A stretch of DNA of 64,000 nucleotides from Alphaproteobacteria bacterium (GTDB lineage Bacteria; Pseudomonadota; Alphaproteobacteria; SP197), in the NCBI GenBank assembly GCA_964291415.2, contig OZ219918.1:1184001-1248000 (forward strand), written 5' to 3'. Under the pieces are notes generated by a model. That model was not told where the DNA came from. It saw only the letters and a list, made by a program, of their open reading frames with translations, and ran no database searches. Shown one piece after another: positions 1-9,178 of the stretch; position 1 is the stretch's first letter, and every line of letters starts with the position of its first letter. The position numbers were made by a program, and so were the translations under genes.

Positions 1-1
1 C

Positions 2-136
2 GCCGGCGAGCACCTCCATTCGAATCGGATCGCAGACAGCAGTTTCACTCTCCATCAGTTCGTCGACACGCTCGCAGACGGCGGATCCCGTATCGCGAAG
101 GAACTCGACCCACGCCGAGGTGTCGACCAGAATCAC
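2..136 (-). CDS. vapC: VapC-type PIN toxin, N-terminal part (runs off window)
   Basis: Manual translation MILVDTSAWVEFLRDTGSAVCERVDELMESETAVCDPIRMEVLAG contains the PIN DTS motif; GTG start overlaps the vapB stop (GTGA). Confidence 0.85.
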   Translation of the reverse strand, partial: MILVDTSAWVEFLRDTGSAVCERVDELMESETAVCDPIRMEVLAG

Positions 137-336
137 CATGCACGCCCGGAACGCATGTCGTCGAGATTGCCATCCCAGCCCGATCCTCGAAGTCCTCGAG
201 CCTCGTCAAGCCCGAGGGGCTCTGTCGCCACCATGCGCAGCGCGAGATTGACCGCTTCCCGCTTCGTTGAGAGCCGATAGCGACGCATGACCTCCGAGCA
301 GGCCTCTTCGTCAATGTCAATATTGGTGCGTGCCAT
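133..336 (-). CDS. vapB: VapB-type antitoxin
   Basis: MARTNIDIDEE...TKREAVNLALR...GWDGNLDDMR is a typical RHH VapB; coupled to vapC. Confidence 0.85.
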   Translation of the reverse strand: MARTNIDIDEEACSEVMRRYRLSTKREAVNLALRMVATEPLGLDEARGLRGSGWDGNLDDMRSGRAW

Positions 337-351
337 GTGTATCGTATACAC
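337..351. promoter_or_regulatory. Palindromic operator / -10 region of vapBC
   Basis: GTGTAT-CGT-ATACAC palindrome abuts the vapB ATG; TACGAT on the minus strand; no Shine-Dalgarno, possibly leaderless. Confidence 0.5.
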
Positions 352-785
352 CACAGGGAAGCGAAATCCAAGCTCAAACGCCGCAGGGCACGACCTTCAA
401 CAGCGGTGACGGGTTTCTAGTCCGATGTTACCCTGAATACTCGCACTGGTTTCGAATGCCATGTGGGCGCGAACATCGCCGGAGAGTACACACGAACTTG
501 CAACCTCCAACCCTTGTGACCGGTTGCGGCTTGGTCTGGTGGGAAGCTGGACGGGCAACTTGCCGATGCTGGGAAAAGGTATGCGATATCACGGTGGCGG
601 TCGTGATCATCGGTCAACGTTGCGCCCCGGCAATGTCCGGCACCGGAATCAGTGCAGTCAGGGCGTGTCCCATCGAAGACGTGCGACAACTCCCTCAGCC
701 GGGAACGACATACCGTCCGCACCGGCATCAAGCAGACCGACGCTGATCATTCAGCCCGGCCGTTGCCACCGCTGCCGATAGTGTC

Positions 786-2423
786 ATGGATTTCGAGCTG
801 ATAGCCATAGCGTTCGGAGACGTGGCGTGGATCGCCATGGCCTTCGTTCTGGGTCTGGTGTCGCGAACCGTCGGGCTGCCGCCCCTGGTCGGTTTCCTTG
901 TTGCAGGATTCCTGCTCAACCTGCACGGGATAGCTGGTGGGGACATGCTGCGGAAGCTGTCGGACCTCGGCATTACTCTGTTGCTGTTCATCGTTGGCTT
1001 GAAGCTCAACCTTCGGATGTTTGCGCGGCCGCAGGTATGGGCCGTGACCGGGCTGCACATGGCCATCATCGTGCCGCTTTTCGCAACGGCCATCTATGTT
1101 GTCGCCGCGCTCGGAGCGCCCTTCCTTTCCGACCTCGACTTTTTCCGGTCGCTTCTGATCGCCTTTGCTTTGAGCTTTTCCAGCACGGTGTTCGTCGTGA
1201 AGGCTCTGGAAGACAAGGGTCAGACGGCAGCGCTCCACGGCCGGATCGCGATCGGAATACTCATCGTCCAGGACTTGGCCGCCGTTGTCTTTCTGGCCAT
1301 CTCGGTGGGGAAGTGGCCGACTTACTGGGCCCTGCTGGTCCTGCTCGTCTTTCCGCTTCGGCCACTGCTGATCGTCGTGCTCCAGCGCGTCGGCCACGGC
1401 GAACTCATGGTTCTTTATGGTTTCCTGCTTGCTCTGGGCGGTGCGCAACTGTTCGAGCTCGTCGGGCTCAAGGGCGACCTCGGCGCGCTCGTGCTGGGCG
1501 TTCTCATCGCCAATCACGCCAAGGCCGACGAGATGGCGAAGACCATGCTCGGCTTCAAGGATTTCTTCCTGCTTGCCTTCTTCCTCTCCGTCGGCCTGTC
1601 CGGTCAGCTGACCCTGGAGACGCTACTGATTGGCGCCGCGATCACCCCGTTCGTGTTGTTCAAGTCGGCCTTGTTCTTCGGCCTGCTGACCGCGTTCAGG
1701 CTCCAGGCCCGCACGTCGTTTCTGGCGACGCTCAATCTCAGCAATTTCAGTGAATTCGGACTCATCGTCGCGGCCATCGGAGTCGCACAGGGCTGGATCG
1801 ACGCCGACTGGTTGATCGTCATCGCGGTCGCGCTGGCCTTGTCTTGTGTCATCTCTTCCGGGCTCAACGTCGCCAGCGATCGCATCTACACACGCTACAG
1901 GGGCATGTGGAAGCGCCTGCAACGATCCGACCTTGTTGCCGATGACCGGCCGCTCGACATCGGCACGGCGAAGATTGCCGTCATCGGCATGGGCCGTGTT
2001 GGATCGGCAGCATATGACACGATGCGTGAACTGCATGGAGAGACCGTCGTCGGGGTGGACACTGATCAGGCCACGGTCGAGCGCGAACGGTCCAGGGGAC
2101 GAAAGGTGTTGCTGGGGGATCCTGGTGACGCCGATTTCTGGGACCGCGTTCAGATCGCCCACACACTCGAACTGGTCATGCTGGCCTTGCCGAACCTTGG
2201 CGCCAACCTCGCCGTGATCGAACAGCTCAAAGCCGCCTCGTTTGGCGGTCGAGTCGCCGCCACCGCCAGGTTCCAGGATGACATCGAGACGCTCGAAGAG
2301 GCCGGCGCATCGACCGTCTTCAACGTCTACGCAGAAGCAGGTTCGGGGTTCGCCGCGCATGTGGCCGGGAGCATGTTGGCAATCAGTCCGACCGGGATCG
2401 ACGACTCCCGAACGCCTCCCTGA
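786..2423 (+). CDS. CPA2 cation:proton antiporter (Kef-like) with C-terminal TrkA-N domain
   Basis: Multiple TM helices, FSSTVFVVK and ILIVQDL motifs, C-terminal GMGRVG Rossmann domain. Confidence 0.9.
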   Translation: MDFELIAIAFGDVAWIAMAFVLGLVSRTVGLPPLVGFLVAGFLLNLHGIAGGDMLRKLSDLGITLLLFIVGLKLNLRMFARPQVWAVTGLHMAIIVPLFATAIYVVAALGAPFLSDLDFFRSLLIAFALSFSSTVFVVKALEDKGQTAALHGRIAIGILIVQDLAAVVFLAISVGKWPTYWALLVLLVFPLRPLLIVVLQRVGHGELMVLYGFLLALGGAQLFELVGLKGDLGALVLGVLIANHAKADEMAKTMLGFKDFFLLAFFLSVGLSGQLTLETLLIGAAITPFVLFKSALFFGLLTAFRLQARTSFLATLNLSNFSEFGLIVAAIGVAQGWIDADWLIVIAVALALSCVISSGLNVASDRIYTRYRGMWKRLQRSDLVADDRPLDIGTAKIAVIGMGRVGSAAYDTMRELHGETVVGVDTDQATVERERSRGRKVLLGDPGDADFWDRVQIAHTLELVMLALPNLGANLAVIEQLKAASFGGRVAATARFQDDIETLEEAGASTVFNVYAEAGSGFAAHVAGSMLAISPTGIDDSRTPP

Positions 2424-2620
2424 GTCGCGCCTGCAATCTCACCTGGAGGGCGGACGAATGGTGGTTGGAGCGCGTTCCACATCGACGGCAGACGGCGATC
2501 GCATGGCAACACGTAACCGCGTGCCTGCCCGGCCATCCGCAGTGGACGATCGCAATCCGCGTTGTTGAAGGAGCGTGACCCTACTGGAAGAGTGCGCATG
2601 GCGTGGTGTGGAGAGGCACG

Positions 2621-3754
2621 ATGGCAGAACGAACCGACTGTGTGGTGATTGGTGCGGGACTGGTCGGACTTGCGATCGCCCATGAGCTTGTCGGGAAGGG
2701 GACGTCCTGCCGCGTGATCGAAAGGGGAGGGATCGCCGGCGGCACGACATCGACGTCATTCGCCTGGCTAAATGCAACCTCCAAGCTGGAAGAGGACTAC
2801 CATCGTCTCAACGTTGCCGGGATGGAGGGCCACCGGAACTGGGTTGCCCGATGGGGGAGCGACGTGACCGGTCATCGGCAGCCGGGTTGCCTGATGTGGG
2901 CAGGTGTGGACACCGCCACCAGCCTTGATGATCTCGAACGGACATTCGACCGTCTCTGTGAACTTGACTATCCCTGTCGTCGGGTCGGAGGGCGCGAACT
3001 CGCTGACCTGGAGCCGCGTGTCGCCTTCGGTCGAGGGGCCGAAGGACTGCTCATGTCCCAGGATGGCTGGCTCGATGCGCCGCGTCTTGCGCGTCACCTC
3101 GCGGAAGGCATTGTTCGCCAGGGGGGCGCCATTCACGAGGAGGCGCCGGTGACCGGCTTCCTGGGCGCCGCTCCCGTGCTGGACGGAGTTGCGACCAAGA
3201 GCGGTCCGATTCATGCCGACAGGATCGTCATTGCCGCCGGGACCAGGGCCGGTGATCTCGCGGCCATGGCGCTCGGGAGCCAGACGGCCTCCCGGCTGGT
3301 CGGCAGTGATCCTGGCCTTCTGGCTGAAATCGCCGGAGCACAGGCGTGGCTCAATCACGTCGTCTATTTTCCCGAAGGCGACGATGAACTGCACACGCGC
3401 CCCAATGTGGGAGGGGGCCTGCTGATGGGTGCGGATGCCGCGGATGGGATGCTTCCCGACGAACTGCGAGCGCGGCGTCGTCTCGCCGACAGTGCACAGC
3501 ACTGGTTCGTCGATGTCGATGCGGCTGACGTGATGATGCGCATGACGGCCCGGGTCGGACATCGTCCGATGCCTGCCGACGGCCGCTCGATCGTCGGTTG
3601 CCTTCCCGGGTGCGACAATCTCTTCGTCGCCGTCACCCACAGCGGTATCACGCTGGCGCCGGCCATTGGCGCCCTGCTTGCCGAAGAAGTTAGCGGGGGG
3701 TCGGTGTCGCCCCTGTTGCGGGAGTTCCGGCCCGACCGATTCGCCTGGACATGA
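2621..3754 (+). CDS. FAD-dependent oxidoreductase, DAO family
   Basis: VIGAGLVG FAD motif, HRPMPADG and THSGITLAP C-terminal motifs; GAGAGG RBS before the ATG at 2621. Confidence 0.88.
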   Translation: MAERTDCVVIGAGLVGLAIAHELVGKGTSCRVIERGGIAGGTTSTSFAWLNATSKLEEDYHRLNVAGMEGHRNWVARWGSDVTGHRQPGCLMWAGVDTATSLDDLERTFDRLCELDYPCRRVGGRELADLEPRVAFGRGAEGLLMSQDGWLDAPRLARHLAEGIVRQGGAIHEEAPVTGFLGAAPVLDGVATKSGPIHADRIVIAAGTRAGDLAAMALGSQTASRLVGSDPGLLAEIAGAQAWLNHVVYFPEGDDELHTRPNVGGGLLMGADAADGMLPDELRARRRLADSAQHWFVDVDAADVMMRMTARVGHRPMPADGRSIVGCLPGCDNLFVAVTHSGITLAPAIGALLAEEVSGGSVSPLLREFRPDRFAWT

Positions 3755-3935
3755 AAAAAGGGCCCTCCCGGCGGCAAGCCGGGAGGGCCCTTTGAAACCT
3801 GGCGTCAGATCTTGCATCCTGCTTTTCGAGGCCGAGTTTCTGGGCAATCTGCACCCACTCCTCGGCCGCGTTTGTTGCCATGGCGTGGTGTCGTTGGCTG
3901 CCCTGGGGAATGTCGTCTCGGACGGCATCTGCCGG
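3731..3935 (+). repeat. Left copy of diverged direct repeat (DAO 3' end + terminator + degenerate SBP 3' end)
   Basis: Aligns with ~4438-4690; encodes AAEEWVQIAQKLGLEKQ on the minus strand, with an internal deletion; similarity fades beyond 3869. Confidence 0.85.
3754..3793. terminator. Rho-independent terminator (copy 1)
   Basis: A6-GGGCCCTCCCGGC-ggcaa-GCCGGGAGGGCCC-TTT, a perfect 13-bp stem. Confidence 0.85.
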
Positions 3936-4071
3936 GCTGTCTGGATGGCGCGTTTCTTGAGTATTCATATCCATCGTGGCGGGCTGCGCTGAATCATGGT
4001 CCTTTGGCAATCGGTTTCGTCCCGTCTGCGAGTGACGTCAGGCCCTTCTCGCCGATTCAGTTTGAACTCGC

Positions 4072-4096
4072 CATGTCGTGCAAATCGCACTACATG
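4072..4096. promoter_or_regulatory. Inverted repeat, probable antitoxin autoregulatory operator
   Basis: CATGTCGTGC-aaatc-GCACTACATG (9/10 match) just upstream of the DUF1778 gene. Confidence 0.5.
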
Positions 4097-4120
4097 CAGC
4101 AACCTCCCGGGGAGGCGAGC

Positions 4121-4429
4121 GTGATGAACCCCAATGCTGCTTCGAGCATCCCGAAAAGGAAAACCAGGACGACCCAGATTCGCCACGATGATCGACTGGC
4201 GAGGCTGATCGAGCGGGCCACGCGCGCGTTGGCCGTGGACAAGTCCACGTTTCTGCGTGCCGCGATCGAGCGCGAAGCCACGCGTGTCATTGACATGCAG
4301 TCTCGACACACGCTCACGCTTGAGGACGCCAAGGTCTTCGCTGCGGCCCTTGATGTCCCACCGGCCCCAACTCCGCGCGCTCTTGAGGCCGCCAGAAATT
4401 ACCGCGCGCGCGTGGTTTATGCCGATTGA
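4121..4429 (+). CDS. DUF1778 (TacA-like) RHH antitoxin, orphan
   Basis: LIERATRALAVDKSTFLRAA...LTLEDAKVFAAALDVPPAPTPRALEAA is a typical DUF1778 pattern; GGAGG RBS at ~4110. Confidence 0.85.
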   Translation: MMNPNAASSIPKRKTRTTQIRHDDRLARLIERATRALAVDKSTFLRAAIEREATRVIDMQSRHTLTLEDAKVFAAALDVPPAPTPRALEAARNYRARVVYAD

Positions 4430-4460
4430 GCGTCCGATCCGACCGTTTTCTTGGACATGA
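4419..4460 (+). pseudogene. Stub of probable GNAT toxin (MPIER...), fused to the duplicated DAO 3' end
   Basis: ATG overlaps the antitoxin 3' end as in tacAT operons; the frame ends after 13 codons inside the repeat. Confidence 0.45.
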
Positions 4461-4617
4461 AAAAGGGCCCTCCCGGCGGCAAGCCGGAAGGGCCCTTCGG
4501 GACCTGGTGTCAGATCTTGTATCCGAGCGACCTGGCGCCGTCGATGAAGTTCCGGTACTGGGCCTTCTGCTTCTCGAGACCGAGTTTCTGGGCAATCTGC
4601 ACCCATTCCTCGGCCGC
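4438..4617 (+). repeat. Right copy of diverged direct repeat (degenerate DAO end + terminator + intact SBP 3' end)
   Basis: tggacatgaaaaagggccctcccggcggcaagccgg... matches 3746-3869. Confidence 0.85.
4460..4497 (-). terminator. Rho-independent terminator of the ABC operon (copy 2)
   Basis: GC stem followed by a T-run on the minus strand, 12 bp after the SBP stop. Confidence 0.85.
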
Positions 4618-6051
4618 CTCGTCGAGCGCCTGCTGCGAGGTCAGCTCACCGGAAATGGCCTTGGAGATGTTGCGTCCCAGGGCATCGGCGTACTCCGGCG
4701 CCCCTTCCCAGAAGAACTGCGGGTAGCCCACCTCGACGTTGGCAAGGCCGGCGTCGAGATGATTGCGGGCCCTTCCGAAGGTCTGGAAGATGCCGTCGTT
4801 CGTCGGATAGATGTCGTTCGTCCCGCGCTGTGGATTGGGCTCGATGTACATCTGGGCCGCCGCATCGGTGTAGTGCGATGCGCCGAACGGATCGGATCCG
4901 CAGTAGGGATCGGCGACGATCCTGTCGGAGTAGTCGGGATGCGACATGCGGTAGATGAAGTAGAAGGCCGCATCCTTGATGTCCTGGGGCAGGTTCGCCG
5001 GAATTGATGCCGTCCGGCACCACAGGCTGATTGCCCGGTGGACCACCTCGCCATCGTCATGGACCCAGCCTGGCACGACGGCCGCGCCCTGATCTTCGGC
5101 GCGTTCCATACCCTGCTGCTGGACCGTGAATTCGGCCAGATCGATCCACCACACCGACATCACGTCGGAACCCGACTGCCAGCGCTGGATGGTGGTGCCG
5201 ATATCCATCGCCTCGGCGCCGGGAGGTCCGAACTTGATGATCTCCCGGTACATGTCGAGAGATTCGGCCGCCTTGCCCTGGTTGATGACCGGGTTCATGT
5301 TCTCGTCGAAGTAGTTGACGCCGGCCGATGCGGCGATGTCCATCCAGAAGCCCCATCCGAAGTTCGGCGGATTGACCACCATCGATGTGCCGTAGATGCC
5401 TTGCGAACCCAGTTCCTCGGTCATGAACTGCGTGACATTGAGGAAGTCCGGCCACGTCTTGGGGACTTCGAGGTTGGTCTGGAAGCGCTTGGAGTACTTC
5501 GACTGCAGTTCCGCGTTCTCGAAGAAGCTCTTGCGATAATGCAGGATGTGAATGTCGCCATCGAGCATCACGCCATAGGTCTTGCCGGCCCACTTGGTAT
5601 AGAACTCGCGGTAGGCGGGCATGACCCAGTCGAGATAGGCATCGCTGCCCTCGTACTGGGCGAAGTAATCGTCCAGGGGCTCGAGCTGCCCGGTTTCGGC
5701 GAAGGCGCCGAAGAAGAGCGAGGGAAACTGCACCCAGTCGAACCTTGGATTGCGTGACAGGAGCTGCGGCAGGATCTTGGCCACGGCATCGCCACCGTCG
5801 TAGTTCTCGCGTCCCTTGATACCGACTCCGGCTTCCTTCATCAGGTGATCCGACAGCCACAGCGGCGCATGAAGCCAGTTCGAGTCCTGGAAGTAGGTCA
5901 GCTCGACATCATTGAAGAGCTTCTTTCCGGGAGGAACGGACTGCGCGCCCCACGACAGCCTGCCGGGAAGCTGGAGTCCGGCCGCGGCACCAGCGCCGGC
6001 GGCTACGGATTTCATGAACTTGCGTCGAGTCCATGCACTGAAAACACCCAT
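4510..6051 (-). CDS. Carbohydrate ABC (CUT1) substrate-binding protein, Tat-exported
   Basis: TRRKFMK twin-arginine signal; LHYRKSFF and VPKTWPDF family-1 SBP motifs. Confidence 0.9.
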   Translation of the reverse strand: MGVFSAWTRRKFMKSVAAGAGAAAGLQLPGRLSWGAQSVPPGKKLFNDVELTYFQDSNWLHAPLWLSDHLMKEAGVGIKGRENYDGGDAVAKILPQLLSRNPRFDWVQFPSLFFGAFAETGQLEPLDDYFAQYEGSDAYLDWVMPAYREFYTKWAGKTYGVMLDGDIHILHYRKSFFENAELQSKYSKRFQTNLEVPKTWPDFLNVTQFMTEELGSQGIYGTSMVVNPPNFGWGFWMDIAASAGVNYFDENMNPVINQGKAAESLDMYREIIKFGPPGAEAMDIGTTIQRWQSGSDVMSVWWIDLAEFTVQQQGMERAEDQGAAVVPGWVHDDGEVVHRAISLWCRTASIPANLPQDIKDAAFYFIYRMSHPDYSDRIVADPYCGSDPFGASHYTDAAAQMYIEPNPQRGTNDIYPTNDGIFQTFGRARNHLDAGLANVEVGYPQFFWEGAPEYADALGRNISKAISGELTSQQALDEAAEEWVQIAQKLGLEKQKAQYRNFIDGARSLGYKI

Positions 6052-6124
6052 GGGATTCTCCCTTTCTCCTGGTCAATGTCGGAACAGGAAACACCCTGCC
6101 CCGGATGATGGGCGCGAGCGGCCG

Positions 6125-7225
6125 TCAGGTCACAAGCGCTCCGGTTTCGGCATCAAAGATCATCACGTCACGCGGATCGAGGCTGAAGCCTGCATGGTCG
6201 CCCGGAGTCATCCGGGTTTCAGGAGGCGCCAGTGCCTGCAGCGTCACATCCCCCGTCACGATCGAGAGGATGGATCTCTCCCCGAGGTACTCATTGATCA
6301 CGATCTTGCCGCCAATCGTCGCTCCGTCGTCGCAAAGATGAAGGTTCTGTGGCCGAATGCCTACCATGAATTCACGTCCCCCATGGGCATCGAGATCCGG
6401 CACGCGCTCCGCGGCCACGTCAAAGACGAGATCCGCACCGGTCGCGTGAAGCCGGGCGCGCTCCGCGTGATCGCGCCGTTCCACCGGGATGAAGGTCGTC
6501 GGTGGTTCACCGATGAAGTCGGCCACGAACATGTTGGCGGGACGGTTGTAGAGCGTGTTGCGGTCGCCGACCTGCTGGAGTTCGGCATTCGACATCACGG
6601 CAACCCTGTCCGCCAGCGCCAGTGCCTCCACCTGATCGTGGGTGACATAAATCATGGTGCGCCGGAGTTCCTGATGAAGCCGCTTGAGATCGAACAGCAT
6701 CTGGAACTTGAGGTGGGCGTCGAGGTGGCTCATCACCTCGTCGAGAATGAAGACGGCCGGTTCGCGGATCAGTGCCCGACCCAGGCTGACACGCTGCTGC
6801 TGACCGCCGGAGAGAACCGGCGGCTTGGCCGAGAGGATTTCGGTGATGCGCAGGAGTTCGGCCAGTTCCCGGGCCCGGCGGCGGCGTTCTGCAGGAGCGA
6901 CACCGCGCACCTCGAGAGGAAAGGCAAGGTTTTCCTCGACGGTGAAATTCGGATAGAGGGCATAGGTCTCGAAGGCCATGGCCACGTTGCGTTCCCTGGG
7001 TTCGAGATCGTTGACGCGCACGTCGCCGAAATGGATGTCGCCGGAGGTGATCGGTTCAAGACCGACGATCATGCGCAGGGTCGAGGTCTTGCCGCACCCG
7101 GACGGCCCCAGCAACGCCATGAATTCGCCATCGGGCACCGCGAGGTCGAGGTCGCGCACCGCGTGGACGCCCGCCCGTCCGGATCCGTAGACCTTGTTGA
7201 CCTTGCTCAACGTTACGTTCGACAT
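6125..7225 (-). CDS. Carbohydrate ABC ATP-binding protein (MalK-like)
   Basis: [25 protein letters not shown]. Confidence 0.92.
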   Translation of the reverse strand: MSNVTLSKVNKVYGSGRAGVHAVRDLDLAVPDGEFMALLGPSGCGKTSTLRMIVGLEPITSGDIHFGDVRVNDLEPRERNVAMAFETYALYPNFTVEENLAFPLEVRGVAPAERRRRARELAELLRITEILSAKPPVLSGGQQQRVSLGRALIREPAVFILDEVMSHLDAHLKFQMLFDLKRLHQELRRTMIYVTHDQVEALALADRVAVMSNAELQQVGDRNTLYNRPANMFVADFIGEPPTTFIPVERRDHAERARLHATGADLVFDVAAERVPDLDAHGGREFMVGIRPQNLHLCDDGATIGGKIVINEYLGERSILSIVTGDVTLQALAPPETRMTPGDHAGFSLDPRDVMIFDAETGALVT

Positions 7226-7226
7226 G

Positions 7227-8321
7227 TCACAACAGGAGGTTGCGCCCGTCGACCGGGCTGAAGAAGTAGAGGGCCTCGGGGTTCCATGCCAGCGTGACCT
7301 CTTCTCCATGGTGGAACGTGCGCTCGGGGCTTGTGAGCGCCGTCAGCCTGACACCACCTGCATCCACGATCATGACGCCCGTGGAACCCAGGGCCTCGAA
7401 GATGTCGATACGTCCCTCGAGCGCCATGCCTCGCGGCAGTTCGTCCAGCGGGCGCAGGTGCTGGGGCCTGAGACCGATGGTGACCTGGCGTTGCTGCACC
7501 TTTGTCAGCGCCGCACGATGCGCTGGCGAAACCGGCAGGCGAAGCGAACCCGCGTGAGCCTCGAGTCGGTCGTCCACGTCGACGAGTTCGGCCTCGATGG
7601 CATTGATGGTCGGCTGGCCCAGATGTTCGGCGACAAACAGTGTCGCCGGCTGCTCGAAGAGCTCCCGAGGATTGCCGACCTGGACCAGGCGGCCGCCGTT
7701 CCCCATGACGGCGATCCGGTCGCCCAGCGACAGCGCTTCGGCGTAGTCGTGGGTGACGTAGACAGTCGCCACCCGGCGCAGATCTTCCAGGGTATGGAAC
7801 TGGCTTCGCAATTCGTGCCGGATGCGCGCGTCGAGATGGCTGATCGGCTCATCGAGCAGGAAGACCTGGGGATCGGCGACAAGGGTGCGTCCGAGCGCGG
7901 TGCGCTGTTTCTGGCCTCCCGATATTTCTCCGGGCTTGCGCTCGAGCAGCATGTCGATGCGCAACAGGCGCGTCACCTCGCCGACACGCCGCCTGATCTC
8001 GTCCGCCGGAAGACCCCGCGCCTTGAGTGGCGAGGCAATGTTCGCGGCCACCGTCATGTGGGGGTAGAGGGCGTAGCTCTCGAAGGTCATCGCCACGTCG
8101 CGCCGGTAGGGAGGAACACGTGTGACGTCGCGCTCTCCGACGAGGATGCGTCCTCGATCCGGTGTTTCGAGACCGGCCACGAGTCGCAGCAACGTGGTCT
8201 TGCCGATACCCGATGGGCCGACAATGACCAGGAACTCGCCCTCGTCGACGTCGAGCGAGAGATCGTCGATGACCGGAAAGTCCCAGCCCTTGCACAGTCC
8301 TTCGATCGCCAGTCGCGCCAT
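7227..8321 (-). CDS. Second carbohydrate ABC ATP-binding protein
   Basis: GPSGIGKT, ISGGQKQR, LLDEP; start MARLAIEG overlaps the permease stop. Confidence 0.92.
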   Translation of the reverse strand: MARLAIEGLCKGWDFPVIDDLSLDVDEGEFLVIVGPSGIGKTTLLRLVAGLETPDRGRILVGERDVTRVPPYRRDVAMTFESYALYPHMTVAANIASPLKARGLPADEIRRRVGEVTRLLRIDMLLERKPGEISGGQKQRTALGRTLVADPQVFLLDEPISHLDARIRHELRSQFHTLEDLRRVATVYVTHDYAEALSLGDRIAVMGNGGRLVQVGNPRELFEQPATLFVAEHLGQPTINAIEAELVDVDDRLEAHAGSLRLPVSPAHRAALTKVQQRQVTIGLRPQHLRPLDELPRGMALEGRIDIFEALGSTGVMIVDAGGVRLTALTSPERTFHHGEEVTLAWNPEALYFFSPVDGRNLLL

Positions 8322-9175
8322 CAGCCCTTGACCACTCCCAGCGACAGTCCGCGCACCATGTAGCGGCGCAGCAGGATGAACAGGGTCACAGGGGGAATCA
8401 TGGCGATCAGCGAGAACGCCATCTGCAGGTTCCACAGTGTCTGGGATCCGTGCGTGAACGTCGGAATGACGATGGTGTAGGTGCGCACGTCGGTGCCGAC
8501 GAACAGGTTGGCGAAAAGATACTCGTTCCACGCAAAGATCCAGCACAACATCGCGACCGAGATCATTCCCGGCAACACCAGCGGCAGGGTGATGCGCAGG
8601 AAGGCGCGCAACGGAGTCCAGCCGTCGAGATAGGCGGCCTCCTCCAGTTCGCGGGGCGCATCGCGGAAGAACACCATCATCAGCCAGGTCGCCAGCGGCA
8701 GGTTGAAGACGAGGTAGAGGATGATGAGCGACCAGATCGAATCGGTTCCCCATGGCGTCGAATCAAAGAGGAAGAACATCGGCACCAGGATGGCGACCGG
8801 CGGAAACATGCGGTTGGAGAGAATCCAGAAGGCGAGGTTCTCTCCCCCGGCCTGGCGCGGAAAGCGGGCGAAGGCGTAGCCGGCGAGTGTGCCGAGAAAC
8901 AGCGACAGCAAGGTGTTGATCGTGGCGATGACAAAACTGTCGACCAGGGCATCGAAGTTGGTGGCTTCGGCGAAGACCGCGGCAAAATTGCCGAATGCAA
9001 AGAGTTCGGGCCAGAAGGTCGGCACCGTGAGATTGGTCTCGGCGGTCGTCTTGAGGGCCGTGATGATCATGAAGTAGAGAGGGAACAGGGTGAACAGAAG
9101 CCACAGCCCCAGGAAGGCCAGGAACAGCACCTGGACGTGCCGCCAGCGGTCATCGGGCCTTGCCTGGTCCGCCAT
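8321..9175 (-). CDS. Carbohydrate ABC permease (MalG-like)
   Basis: ELEEAAYLDG EAA loop, FAWNEYLFA. Confidence 0.92.
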   Translation of the reverse strand: MADQARPDDRWRHVQVLFLAFLGLWLLFTLFPLYFMIITALKTTAETNLTVPTFWPELFAFGNFAAVFAEATNFDALVDSFVIATINTLLSLFLGTLAGYAFARFPRQAGGENLAFWILSNRMFPPVAILVPMFFLFDSTPWGTDSIWSLIILYLVFNLPLATWLMMVFFRDAPRELEEAAYLDGWTPLRAFLRITLPLVLPGMISVAMLCWIFAWNEYLFANLFVGTDVRTYTIVIPTFTHGSQTLWNLQMAFSLIAMIPPVTLFILLRRYMVRGLSLGVVKG

Positions 9176-9178
9176 CGC

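Noticed and set aside
417-731. Possible DUF1214-like C-terminal relic (GWRLQVRVYSP...TW)
   Set aside because: Only a short, weak resemblance; cannot be supported without a search.
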